Assembly: GCA_032718475.1 (NCBI GenBank)
Contig: JAUCBJ010003120.1
Coordinates: forward strand, 17,756 to 81,755
Origin: Nemertoderma westbladi
Taxonomy: Eukaryota; Animalia; Xenacoelomorpha
DNA: 64,000 nucleotides
Direction of reading: 5' to 3'
This document shows, in pieces, positions 1 to 14,904 of this stretch. The notes under the pieces were generated by a model that was not told the origin of the DNA, made no database searches, and saw nothing but the letters and a program-made list of their open reading frames with translations. Position 1 is the first letter of the stretch. Each line of letters begins with the position of its first letter. Position numbers and translations under genes: made by a program.

Positions 1-691
1 GTGAACAATTTTTACTTTCAGTTTTTATCAGTGAACAATATTTACTTTCAGTTTCTATCAGAGAACAATATTTAATTTCAGTTTTTATCAGAGAACAATA
101 TTTAATTTCAGTTTTTATCTGTGAACAATATTTGCTTTCAGTTTCTATCAGAGAACAATATTTAATTTCAGTTTTTATTAGCGAACAATATTTACTTTCA
201 GTTTTTATCAGTGAACAATATTTACTTTCAGTTTCTATCAGAGAACATTATTTAATTTCAGTTTTTATCAGTGAACAATATTTACTTTCAGTTTCTATCA
301 GTGAACAATTTTTACTTTCAGTTTTTATCAGTGAACAATATTTACTTTCAGTTTCTATCAGAGAACAATATTTAATTTCAGTTTTTATCAGTGAACAATA
401 TTTGCTTTCAGTTTCTATCAGAGAACAATATTTAATTTCAGTTTTTATTAGCGAACAATATTTACTTTCAGTTTTTATCAGTGAACAATATTTACTTTCA
501 GTTTCTATCAGAGAACATTATTTAATTTCAGTTTTTATCAGTGAACAATATTTACTTTCAGTTTCTATCAGAGAACAATATTTAATTTCAGTTTTTATCA
601 GCGAACAATATTTACTTTCAGTTTTTATCAGTGAACAATATCTGCTTTCAGTTTCTATCATAGAACAATATTTACTTTCAGTTTCTATCAG
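1..691. repeat. 30-bp tandem minisatellite (GTGAACAATATTTACTTTCAGTTTTTATCA), about 23 copies, truncated by the window start
   Basis: Direct 30-bp periodicity; ORF 132..704 is its read-through. Confidence 0.97.
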
Positions 692-756
692 TTTAAGTCT
701 CTAAAAACTTGCGCCACAATGTAAGTTGTTTTTATGCTTGTAAAAATATACATACA

Positions 757-811
757 AATACGGTCGAAAATCGTCAAAAATAGCGTGACATCATTTGTGC
801 ACGGCCCCTTA
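757..811. mobile_element. Terminal fragment of a MITE (PIF/Harbinger-like end ...CGTGACATCATTTGTGCACGGCCCC-TTA)
   Basis: Resembles the GGGGCCGT(G/T)CACAAATGACGTCACG TIRs of TWA-targeting elements; the partner end was not seen. Confidence 0.35.
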
Positions 812-1200
812 GCAGCCCTTTCCACTTTATTCAGTAGAAGCTGTGCATCTGCTTGCGTATTAGAGAGCAGGGCGATGTCATCCGCAAAGTCGGTGTCTGT
901 GACTGTAGTTGCCTGATATCTACTACTTCTGCGTTCTTGAAGTGTGAATCCCAGATCTCCACCCTTTGTGGTCGTCCTCATTGCGTAATCCAGTACAATT
1001 ACAAATAGTAATGGCGCCAATGTGTCACCTTGCAGTACGCCAGCCAGGATTGAGAAGAACTCAGTTTCACAATCTGGTGAGAGTACCTGCGCTTCTGTGT
1101 CACAAAATAATAATCCAATGCCAGCTACAATTAATTCTGGTATTCCATAAGCCCTTAGGATTTCCAGCATTTTACCTCTATGGATGGAATCTAATGTTTT
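812..1200 (-). mobile_element. Non-LTR retrotransposon (RTE-like) reverse transcriptase fragment
   Basis: ORF 688..1245 encodes DSIHRGKMLEILRAYGIP, GVLQGDTLAPLLF and DFADDIALL (RT core motifs); truncated at both ends and embedded in satellite. Confidence 0.88.
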
Positions 1201-1204
1201 CTTT

Positions 1205-4200
1205 AAGTAAGTTGCTTTTACTCCTATAAAAATGGGCATTGCCACAAAGTAAGTGGCGTTTTATGCATGTAAAAATATACATTGCTACAAGTAAGTTGCC
1301 TTTACTCCTGTAAAATTGCATTGTCACAAAGTAAGAAGCTTTTACTCCTGTAGAAATAGACATTATCACATAGGAAGTTGCTTTTACTCCTGTAAAAATA
1401 TACATTGTCTCAAAGTAAGTTGCCTTTACTCCTGTAAAAATGCATTGTCACAAAGTAAGTTGCTTTTACTCCTGTAAAAATAGACATTATCACATAGGAA
1501 GTTGCTTTTACTCCTGTAAAAATATACATTATCACATAGGAAGTTGCTTTTACTCCTGTAAAAATATACATTGTCTCAAAGTAAGTTGCCTTTACTCCTG
1601 TAAAAATGCATTGCTACAAAGTAAGTTGCTTTTACTCCTGTAAAAATGCATTGTCACAAAGTAAGTGGCGTTTTATGCCTGTAAAAATATGCAATGCCAC
1701 AAAATAAGTTGATTTTACTCCTGTAAAAATATACATAGCTACTTAGTAAGTTGCTTTTACTCCTGTAAAAATGCATTGTCACAAAGTAAGTTGCTTTTAC
1801 TCCTGTAAAAATGCATTGCCACAAAGTAAGTTGCTTTTACTCCTGTAAAAATGCAATGTCACAAAGTAAGTTGCTTTTACTCCTGTAAAAATAGGCATTG
1901 CCACAAAGGAAGTTTCTTTTACTCCTGTGAAAAAATGCATTGCCACAAAGTAAGTTGCTTTTACTCCTGTAAAAATAGACATTATCACAAAGTCAGTGGC
2001 GTTTTATGCCTGTAAAAATATGCATTGCCACAAAGTAAGTTGCTTTTACTCCTGTAAAAATAGACATTATCACAAAGTAAGTGGCGTTTTATGCCTGAAA
2101 AATATACATAGCTACAATGTAAGTTGCTTTTACTCCTGTAAAAATGTATTGTCACAAAGTAAGTTGCTTTTACTCCTGTAAAAATGCATTGCCACAAAGT
2201 AAGTTGCTTTTACTCCTGTAAAAATGCAATGTCACAAAGTAAGTTGCTTTTACTCCTGTAAAAATGCATTGCCACAAAGTAAGTTGCTTTTACTCCTGTA
2301 AAAATAGACATTATCACAAAGTCAGTGGCGTTTTATGCCTGTAAAAATATGCATTGCCACAAAGTAAGTTGCTTTTACTCCTGTAAAAATAGACATTATC
2401 ACAAAGTAAGTGGCGTTTTATGCCTGAAAAATATACATAGCTACAATGTAAGTTGCTTTTACTCCTGTAAAAATGCATTGTCACAAAGTAAGTTGCTTTT
2501 ACTCCTGTAAAAATATGCATTGCCACAAAGTAAGTTGCTTTTACTCCTGTAAAAATATGCATTGCCACAAAGTAAGTTGCTTTTACTCCTGTAAAAATAG
2601 ACATTATCACAAAGCAAGTTGCTTTTACTCCTGTAAAAATATGCATTGCCACAAAGTAAGTTGCTTTTACTCCTGTAAAAATATGCATTGCCACAAAGTA
2701 AGTTGCTTTTACTCCTGTAAAAATAGACATTATCACAAAGTAAGTGGCGTTTTATGCCTGTAAAAATATACAATGCCATAAAATAAGTTGATTTTACTCC
2801 TGTAAAAATATACATTGCTACAAAGTAAGTTGCTTTTACTCCTGTAAAAATGCATTGTCACAAAGTAAGTGGCGTTTTATGAATGTAAAAATATACAATG
2901 CCACTAAATAAGTTGATTTTACTCCTGTAAAAATATACATTGCTACAAAGTAAGTTGCTTTTCTCCTGTAAAAATGCATTCTCACAAAGTAAGTGGCGTT
3001 TTATGAATGTAAAAATATACCATGCCACTAAATAAGTTGATTTTACTCCTGTAAAAATATACATTGCTACAAAGTAAGTTGCTTTTCTCCTGTAAAAATG
3101 CATTCTCACAAAGTAAGTGGCGTTTTATGAATGTAAAAATATACCATGCCACTAAATAAGTTGATTTTACTCCTGTAAAAATATACATTGCTACAAAGTA
3201 AGTTGCTTTTACTCCTGTAAAAATGCATTGTCACAAAGTAAGTGGCGTTTTATGAATGTAAAAATATACAATCCCACAAAATAAGTTGATTTTACTCCTG
3301 TAAAAATATACATTGCTACAAAGTAAGTTGCTTTTACTCCTGTAAAAATGCATTGTCACAAAGTAAGTTGCTTTTACTCCTGTAAAAATAGACATTATCA
3401 CAAAGTAAGTGGCGTTTTATGCCTGAAAAATATACATAGCTACAATGTAAGTTGCTTTTACTCCTGTAAAAATGCATTGTCACAAAGTAAGTTGCTTTTA
3501 CTCCTGTAAAAATGCATTGCTACAAAGTAAGTTGCTTTTACTCCTGTAAAAATGCATTGTCACAAAGTAAGTGGCGTTTTATGCCTGTAAAAATATGCAA
3601 TGCCACAAAATAAGTTGATTTTACTCCTGTAAAAATATACATAGCTACTTAGTAAGTTGCTTTTACTCCTGTAAAAATGCATTGTCACAAAGTAAGTTGC
3701 TTTTACTCCTGTAAAAATGCATTGCCACAAAGTAAGTTGCTTTTACTCCTGTAAAAATGCAATGTCACAAAGTAAGTTGCTTTTACTCCTGTAAAAATAG
3801 GCATTGCCACAAAGGAAGTTTCTTTTACTCCTGTGAAAAAATGCATTGCCACAAAGTAAGTTGCTTTTACTCCTGTAAAAATAGACATTATCACAAAGTC
3901 AGTGGCGTTTTATGCCTGTAAAAATATGCATTGCCACAAAGTAAGTTGCTTTTACTCCTGTAAAAATAGACATTATCACAAAGTAAGTGGCGTTTTATGC
4001 CTGAAAAATATACATAGCTACAATGTAAGTTGCTTTTACTCCTGTAAAAATGTATTGTCACAAAGTAAGTTGCTTTTACTCCTGTAAAAATGCATTGCCA
4101 CAAAGTAAGTTGCTTTTACTCCTGTAAAAATGCAATGTCACAAAGTAAGTTGCTTTTACTCCTGTAAAAATGCATTGCCACAAAGTAAGTTGCTTTTACT

Positions 4201-7200
4201 CCAGTAAAAATAGACATTATCACAAAGTCAGTGGCGTTTTATGCCTGTAAAAATATGCATTGCCACAAAGTAAGTTGCTTTTACTCCTGTAAAAATAGAC
4301 ATTATCACAAAGTAAGTGGCGTTTTATGCCTGAAAAATATACATAGCTACAATGTAAGTTGCTTTTACTCCTGTAAAAATGCATTGTCACAAAGTAAGTT
4401 GCTTTTACTCCTGTAAAAATATGCATTGCCACAAAGTAAGTTGCTTTTACTCCTGTAAAAATATGCATTGCCACAAAGTAAGTTGCTTTTACTCCTGTAA
4501 AAATAGACATTATCACAAAGCAAGTTGCTTTTACTCCTGTAAAAATATGCATTGCCACAAAGTAAGTTGCTTTTACTCCTGTAAAAATATGCATTGCCAC
4601 AAAGTAAGTTGCTTTTACTCCTGTAAAAATAGACATTATCACAAAGTAAGTGGCGTTTTATGCCTGTAAAAATATACAATGCCATAAAATAAGTTGATTT
4701 TACTCCTGTAAAAATATACATTGCTACAAAGTAAGTTGCTTTTACTCCTGTAAAAATGCATTGTCACAAAGTAAGTGGCGTTTTATGAATGTAAAAATAT
4801 ACAATGCCACTAAATAAGTTGATTTTACTCCTGTAAAAATATACATTGCTACAAAGTAAGTTGCTTTTCTCCTGTAAAAATGCATTCTCACAAAGTAAGT
4901 GGCGTTTTATGAATGTAAAAATATACCATGCCACTAAATAAGTTGATTTTACTCCTGTAAAAATATACATTGCTACAAAGTAAGTTGCTTTTCTCCTGTA
5001 AAAATGCATTCTCACAAAGTAAGTGGCGTTTTATGAATGTAAAAATATACCATGCCACTAAATAAGTTGATTTTACTCCTGTAAAAATATACATTGCTAC
5101 AAAGTAAGTTGCTTTTACTCCTGTAAAAATGCATTGTCACAAAGTAAGTGGCGTTTTATGAATGTAAAAATATACAATCCCACAAAATAAGTTGATTTTA
5201 CTCCTGTAAAAATGTACATTGCTACAAAGTAAGTTGCTTTTACTCCTGTAAAAATGCATTGTCACAAAGTAAGTTGCTTTTACTCCTGTAAAAATAGACA
5301 TTATCACAAAGTAAGTGGCGTTTTATGCCTGAAAAATATACATAGCTACAATGTAAGTTGCTTTTACTCCTGTAAAAATGCATTGTCACAAAGTAAGTTG
5401 CTTTTACTCCTGTAAAAATATGCATTGCCACAAAGTAAGTTGCTTTTACTCCTGTAAAAATAGTCATTATCACAAAGCAAGTTGCTTTTACTCCTGTAAA
5501 AATATGCATTGCCACAAAGTAAGTTGCTTTTACTCCTGTAAAAATATGCATTGCCACAAAGTAAGTTGCTTTTACTCCTGTAAAAATAGACATTATCACA
5601 AAGTAAGTGGCGTTTTATGCCTGTAAAAATATACAATGCCATAAAATAAGTTGATTTTACTCCTGTAAAAATATACATTGCTACAAAGTAAGTTGCTTTT
5701 ACTCCTGTAAAAATGCATTGTCACAAAGTAAGTGGCGTTTTATGAATGTAAAAATATACCATGCCACTAAATAAGTTGATTTTACTCCTGTAAAAATATA
5801 CATTGCTACAAAGTAAGTTGCTTTTCTCCTGTAAAAATGCATTCTCACAAAGTAAGTGGCGTTTTATGAATGTAAAAATATACCATGCCACTAAATAAGT
5901 TGATTTTACTCCTGTAAAAATATACATTGCTTCAAAGTAAGTTGCTTTTCTCCTGTAAAAATGCATTCTCACAAAGTAAGTGGCGTTTTATGAATGTAAA
6001 AATATACCATGCCACTAAATAAGTTGATTTTACTCCTGTAAAAATATACATTGCTACAAAGTAAGTTGCTTTTACTCTTGTAAAAATGCATTGTCACAAA
6101 GTAAGTGGCGTTTTATGAATGTAAAAATATACCATGCCACTAAATAAGTTGATTTTACTCTTGTAAAAATATACATTGCTACAAAGTAAGTTGCTTTTAC
6201 TCCTGTAAAAATGCATTGTCACAAAGTAAGTTGCTTTTACTCCTGTAAAAATAGACATTATCACAAAGTAAGTGGCGTTTTATGCCTGAAAAATATACAT
6301 AGCTACAATGTAAGTTGCTTTTACTCCTGTAAAAATGCATCGTCACAAAGTAAGTGGCGTTTTATGCATGTAAAAATATACAATCCCACAAAATAAGTTG
6401 ATTTTACTCCTGTAAAAATATACATTGCTACAAAGTAAGTTGCTTTTACTCCTGTAAAAATGCATTGTCACAAAGTAAGTGGCGTTTTATGCATGTAAAA
6501 ATATACAATCCCACAAAATAAGTTGATTTTACTCCTGTAAAAATATACATTGCTACAAAGTAAGTTGCTTTTACTCCTGTAAAAATGCATTGTCACAAAG
6601 TAAGTGGCGTTTTATGAATGTAAAAATATACAATCCCATAAAATAAGTTGATTTTACTCCTGTAAAAATATACATTGCTACAAAGTAAGTTGCTTTTACT
6701 CCTGTAAAAATGCATTGTCACAAAGTAAGTGGCGTTTTATGAATGTAAAAATATACAATCCCACAAAATAAGTTGATTTTACTCCTGTAAAAATATACAT
6801 TGCTACAAAGTAAGTTGCTTTTACTCCTGTAAAAATGCATTGTCACAAAGTAAGTGGCGTTTTATGCATGTAAAAATATACAATCCCACAAAATAAGTTG
6901 ATTTTACTCCTGTAAAAATATACATTGCTACAAAGTAAGTTGCTTTTACTCCTGTAAAAATGCATTGTCACAAAGTAAGTGGCGTTTTATGAATGTAAAA
7001 ATATACAATCCCATAAAATAAGTTGATTTTACTCCTGTAAAAATATACATAGCTACAAAGTAAGTTGCTTAATTACTCTTGTAAAAATGCATTGTCACAA
7101 AGTAAGACGCGTTTTATGCATGTAAAAATATACAATCCCACAAAATAAGTTGATTTTACTCCTGTAAAAATATACATTGCTACAAAGTAAGTTGCTTTTA

Positions 7201-9115
7201 CTCCTGTAAAAATGCATTGTCACAAAGTAAGTGGCGTTTTATGCATGTAAAAATATACAATCCCACAAAATAAGTTGATTTTACTCCTGTAAAAATATAC
7301 ATTGCTACAAAGTAAGTTGCTTTTACTCCTGTAAAAATGCATTGTCACAAAGTAAGTGGCGTTTTATGAATGTAAAAATATACAATCCCACAAAATAAGT
7401 TGATTTTACTCCTGTAAAAATATACATAGCTACAAAGTAAGTTTCTTAATTACTCTTGTAAAAATGCATTGTCACAAAGTAAGACGCGTTTTATGCATGT
7501 AAAAATATACAATCCCACAAAATAAGTTGATTTTACTCCTGTAAAAATATACATTGCTACAAAGTAAGTTGCTTTTACTCCTGTAAAAATGCATTGTCAC
7601 AAAGTAAGTGGCGTTTTATGCATGTAAAAATATACATTGCTACAAAGTAAGTTGCTTTTACTCCTGTAAAAATGCATTGCCACAAAGTAAGTTGCTTTTA
7701 CTCCTGTAAAAATATACATTGCTACAAAGTAAGTTGCTTTTACTCCTGTAAAAATGCATTGTCACAAAGTAAGTGGCGTTTTATGCATGTAAAAATATGC
7801 AATGCCACAAAATTAGTTGATTTTACTCATGTAAAAATATACATAGCTACTTAGTAAGTTGCTTTTACTCTTGTAAAAATGCATTGTCACAAAGTAAGTT
7901 GCTTTTACTCCTGTAAAAATGCATTGCCACAAAGTAAGTTGCTTTTACTCCTGTAAAAATGCAATGTCACAAAGTAAGTTGCTTTTACTCCTGTAAAAAT
8001 GCATTGCCACAAAGTAAGTTGCTTTTACTCCTGTAAAAATAGACATTATGACAAAGTCAGTGGCGTTTTATGCCTGTAAAAATATGCATTGCCACAAAGT
8101 AAGTTGCTTTTACTCCTGTAATAATAGACATTATCACAAAGTAAGTGGCGTTTTATGCCTGAAAAATATACATTGCTACAATGTAAGTTGCTTTTACTCC
8201 TGTAAAAATGCATTGTCACAAAGTAAGTTGCTTTTACTCCTGTAAAAATGCATTGTCACAAAGTAAGTTGCTTTTACTCCTGTAAAAATATGCATTGCCA
8301 CAAAGTAAGTTGCTTTTACTCCTGTAAAAATATACATTACCACAAAGCAAGTTGCTTTTACTCCTGTAAAAATATGCATTGCCACAAAGTAAGTTGCTTT
8401 TACTCCTGTAAAAATAGACATTGCCACAAAGGAAGTTTCTTTTACTCCTGTAAAAATAGACATTATCACAAAGTAAGTAGCGTTTTATGCCTGTAAAAAT
8501 ATACATAGCTACAATGTAAGTTGCTTTTACTCCTGTAAAAAAGCATTGTCACAAAGTAAGTTGCTTTTACTCCTGTAAAAATATGCATTGCCACAAAGTA
8601 AGTTGCTTTTACTCCTGTAAAAATAGACATTATCACAAAGGAAGTTGCTTTTACTCCTGTAAAAATATGCATTGCCACAAAGTAAGTTGCTTTTACTCCT
8701 GTAAAAATAGACATTATCACAAAGCAAGTTGCTTTTACTCCTGTAAAAATATGCATTGCCACAAAGTAAGTTGCTTTTACTCCTGTAAAAATAGGCATTG
8801 CCACAAAGGAAGTTTATTTTACTCCTGTGAAAATATGCATTGCCACAAAGGAAATTTATTTTACTCCTATAAAAATAGGCATTGCCACAAAGGAAGTTTC
8901 TTTTACTCCTATAAAAATAGGCATTGCCACAAAGTCTTTTACTCCTGTAAAAATATGCATTGCCACAAAGGAAGTTTCTTTTACCCATATAAACTAGGCA
9001 TTGCCACAAAGGAAGTTTCTTTTACTCCTATAAAAATAGGCATTGTCACAAAGTAAGTTGCTTTTACTCCTGTAAAAATATGCATTGCCACAAAGTAAGT
9101 GGCGTTTTATGCCTG
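1205..9115. repeat. About 7.9-kb satellite of 40/42-bp monomers (CACAAAGTAAGTTGCTTTTACTCCTGTAAAAATGCATTGT) with higher-order structure
   Basis: Direct periodicity; identical ORFs recur at a 1906-bp offset (1797/3703, 2314/4220, 2858/4764); 124-bp trimers at about 2860-3300 and 5700-7600. Confidence 0.97.
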
Positions 9116-9533
9116 ATGCGTGTTGAACGCAAGGGGGTGGTCGCTAGACCCAATCCGTCCTTACCCAGGGGAGTGCTAACAGGCTCTCCTTTCTTACAAC
9201 ACAATAATGATATTCGCGACCAGTTGCCTATTTATCTACACATGCAATCGCTACCTAGATGGTGTGAGCCGAAGTTTAATCTCTTCAAAAATTATGTCAC
9301 TTAATTTATCGATTATAGCGCCACGGCCTATATGAAAGCAAATTTAAAACCAATTTTTCGTATATTTAATAATTTGTTTTCTGATTTAAATTTTAATAGT
9401 TATACCGGAAAATGGTGGGAAAATTTGTACATTCAGAATTTAAAACCACTACCGGTATTACAGTAACCTAAACTGTAAACCACGTTATCTGATCATAATA
9501 ATTCCTCAGAAACTTATATTTTACCTCTTTCAT

Positions 9534-9690
9534 CCCATGGGGGCGATAATATAAAGACTAGTTGAATCAGTGGGAGCAAACCTTGGGTTAGTAGCCACCC
9601 CTGCCTTCGGGTGGCAGCTATCGAAAGAGGAGTCTTCGGGTTGCCTCCGGCCTCGACCGACTCTGCCTTATTTTCATTTCTGGGAGGAAA
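9534..9690. mobile_element. Possible SINE-body remnant
   Basis: GC-richer island (TGCCTTCGGGTGGCAGCTATCGAAAGAGGAGTCTTCGGGTTGCCTC) resembling invertebrate SINE bodies; recognition only. Confidence 0.25.
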
Positions 9691-9780
9691 ACTGTGATAT
9701 TTTATTTTGTCAAGATGCAAATCTTAAAGTCCGCAAATCTTAAATTCAATTATAAAATTGTTAAATTATTTTATTTCCAG

Positions 9781-10038
9781 ATAAATCATCGCATAAGAAG
9801 AAGAAACGGAAACGATCGGTTCGACATCCGGTTTCCGGCTCCGGACGTCCGGTTTCCGGCTCCGCCCGTGATTCCGACCGGAGTTCAGATTACTGGTACA
9901 CGTCGTCCTACACATTGGAGAGTTTCTCGGAGGGCAGCGAGTCGGGAATGGAGCTGACCGAGTCGGTAATCGAGAGACTTCGAGAGAAACGACTGGAGTC
10001 GGGGAGGTTAACGAGGAACGCAGTCACCGAGGCAGTGG
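9781..10038 (+). CDS. GPATCH8/ZNF804-family gene, internal exon A (Lys/Ser/Arg-rich)
   Basis: TTTCCAG acceptor, G|GTCAGT donor; translates DKSSHKKKKRKRS...TEAV; phase 1 joins exon B. Confidence 0.75.
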
Positions 10039-10364
10039 GTCAGTTGGGAGTTATTCAAATACAAGCGATTACTACAAACAATAAAGCTGTAACCTGTTCT
10101 ATTCACTTTAGTTTATTGTTTTGGTTAGACTAACATACCAATGTCCCCCCCCCCCTGACTCAATTATTTTTAATATTACATTCAATATTATAATAAATTG
10201 TATTTAATTTACATTACAGTATTTAAATGTTTGGTAACCTAGACAAAGGTTTCTACGGTTGAAATATTTAACGCTCATACCAATTATTACATTCATTTAA
10301 ACGGTAATTTTTATAGCATGGCTATAACTATAACTATTTATAGTTAATATTTTGTACTTTTTAG

Positions 10365-10647
10365 GTTCAGATATCGATAGAATTCCAACTCGCCGTGTTT
10401 CCACTCCCAGCTCGTTGCGCCACCGTGCTACGCCACACCGCCATAGAACGCCGCCACCACGCCACCGGTCCCCCACAACCTCCAGGAAGGGTCGCCGTTG
10501 GTCCTCACCCTCCTCCCTCGGTAGCCATAGCAACCGGAGACGCTACTCCAGGTCGCGTAGTTACTCTAGCGATTACTCGTATTCCGACTACAACAGATCG
10601 CGGTCTCGCTCCTATTCCAGGTCTATAACCTACCGTAGACGCGAGAG
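10365..10647 (+). CDS. GPATCH8/ZNF804-family gene, exon B (RS-rich)
   Basis: TTTTTAG acceptor, AG|GTTAGT donor; GSDIDRIP...RRYSRSRSYSSDYSYSDYNRSRSRSYSRS. Confidence 0.82.
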
Positions 10648-10696
10648 GTTAGTACTAATACACTGTATAGTGTAGAATCAACAGTTAGCTATAGCT

Positions 10697-11230
10697 ACCA
10701 CAATTCGCGAAATATAAGCCACAATTCGCGAAATATAAGCCACAATTCGCGAAATATAAGCCACAATTCGCGAAATATAAGCCACAATTCGCGAAATATA
10801 AGCCACAATTCGCGAAATATAAGCCACAATTCGCGAAATATAAGCCACAATTCGCGAAATATAAGCCACAATTCGCGAAATATAAGCCACAATTCGCGAA
10901 ATATAACCCCCAATTCGCGAAATATAAGCCACAATTCGCCACTTATATCAGAATTCGCTTCAACCACACAATTCGCCACATTTCAACCACAATTTGCCAC
11001 ATATAAACCACAATTTGCCACATATAAACCACAATTCGCCACATATAAGCCACAATTCGCAAAATATAAAACACAATTCGCAACAAAAATGCCACAATTC
11101 GAAACAAAAATGCCACATTTCGCCACATATAAACCACAATTCGCCATATATATAGCAAAATTCGCAACAAAAACGCCACAATTTGCCACATACGACAATT
11201 AACCCCAGATATGCCTCAATTTGCCACATA
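10697..11230. repeat. 21-bp minisatellite (GCCACAATTCGCGAAATATAA); about 11 near-perfect copies to 10940, then degenerate copies
   Basis: Direct periodicity. Confidence 0.93.
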
Positions 11231-11956
11231 CAGTACAGGCCACCAGAAAACGCAGATTTGTTCGAATGTGAACACATTTGATCAAATGTGTACCAGTGTA
11301 ATGTGATGTTGTTGAACGGGACAATTGAACATAATTGAACATATTTGAATTGCCAACAACCAAAATTTTTTCGCCAAAGGATACAATTGAATACTTTTGA
11401 AAAGCTTAGTAACCTGGAAACTCTCTGTAGTTTGCCGCGAACTGTCACTCACTGGAGCTGGAAATGCGATAAGGATTTTGTTTACCTTTATAGAGTGCGG
11501 TTAATGGTGTCTAGTAGGCAGGCCTATAGTTAGTGATGTTAAGGCATCTTCTGGTGTTTCTCTGTGCCCTCTCGGTGTCAGACTAATGGCGCGACATCTC
11601 CCTGCACTAAATTAATTATTCAATGTAGTATAGGCTCCTCCATCCATATACCAACCCACTCCCATACACTCCAAGAACCTCCATGTGGTCTTGTATGTAG
11701 TTCTCTCTCTACCAATACAGCCCATGTCCGCAATGTTACGCCCTGGGGGCTCTCTCATCTACCTGATATCAGACATACAGGCGCACCACACAAAGCTTTT
11801 GTTGGTCCCAGCAAGTAAGTCAGCCTCCTGCTGTGGGCTCTAGAAGATAACTCGCCATTGAATTAGTGTAGTGATCTGCCAATCAGGTGACTTGATCAAA
11901 TGTGTTCACTTGTGATCACATTTGATGAAATCTGCTTTTTCTGGTGGCCTGTACTG
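11231..11956. mobile_element. MITE with CAGT...ACTG termini and TA target duplication (Tc1/mariner/pogo-type)
   Basis: TA|CAGTACAGGCCACCAGAAAA ... TTTTCTGGTGGCCTGTACTG|TA, with subterminal CACATTTGATCAAATGTG palindromes. Confidence 0.85.
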
Positions 11957-12138
11957 TATATAACTGCAATAAGCCCCAGAAATGCCACCAACGTTCGGAC
12001 TTGGATATATCCAAGTCCGAAATTTATAAGTTTCAAATAATAATCAACATTATTTCGTAATTGATTTTATAATTTATAATTAGAACGATTGGAACAATAA
12101 ATTTGTTTTATTCAACTGAATGGAATATAAATAAATAT

Positions 12139-14115
<1,977 letters not shown>

Positions 14116-14262
14116 TCAAAATCATTTTTTTTATTGGTAAGAAAATTTTACTCAAATTAAATATAAATTCAGTAACTAAGTTTATACAGTTAATATTAAT
14201 GGACTAGAGGTATAAGGTGAGAGCTTAAAGAAAAACAATAAATAAAGCTATAAGTAACTAAC

Positions 14263-14548
14263 CGGCGTCGACCGCGGCACGCGACGCCCCCACCGCGGCC
14301 CCGAGTTTATCCGCTAGTTTATTCAACAAGCCGAAGTTCTCGCCGTTCTTCATCCCACGGCCCCCCGATATAACGACCCGAGCCGAGGTCAGTTCGGGTC
14401 TGTCGCTACTGGAGAGTTGGGCGCCTGTCCAGGTCGAGGTCCCGGTGCAATCATCGGTGGACGGGGAGACAGTTGCCGGGGCGACGGTTGCCGGGGTCGG
14501 GGAGACATCGTCAGTCGCATCGAACGCGGTACCCCGGACAGTGAGGAC
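14263..14548 (-). CDS. ETFA: ETFA exon 2 (not in the ORF track)
   Basis: Hand translation VLTVRGTAF...[48 protein letters not shown]; AG acceptor, G|GTTAGT donor; phases match exons 1 and 3. Confidence 0.95.
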
Positions 14549-14619
14549 CTACGGGCGGTCATAGTCATAGTGACGGGTGGTCATTACTCTATTTATTGTC
14601 TACCTACCGGTACAAATTT

Positions 14620-14760
14620 AATATAGTACGAGTTTCCACTCGTTGGCATTTTAACACTCGCTTCGCTCGTGCTAAAACATGCCAACTCGGACAGAATAGT
14701 TGAATTTCGCTAAATTGAAAATGAGTGAAAAAAAGCTGTGTTTTCCGCTTACTTTTTTTT
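14620..14760. mobile_element. Fragment of a dispersed repeat (CACTCGTTGGCATT...CTCGGACAGAATAGTTGAATTTC); related copy at 25883-27000
   Basis: Shares CACTCGTTGGCATT and CTCGG(A/T)CAGAATAGTTGAATTTC(G/A)CTAAATTGAAA with 25948-26995. Confidence 0.6.
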
Positions 14761-14904
14761 AAATCGAATAATAGTCCTTTCTCCAAGTCGTAGTATAGAA
14801 ATAGAACTTTACATAACTTGAAGTAAATACCGGTAGTTTTATTTCACTAAATTGACCACTGGCGTGGCGTCGTGGCGACGTCTTACAACTAATCAACACT
14901 TTAC

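Noticed and set aside
1205-9115. CRISPR-like array or Cys/His-rich small proteins
   Set aside because: There are no unique spacers and no cas genes, the context is eukaryotic, and the ORFs are satellite translations.
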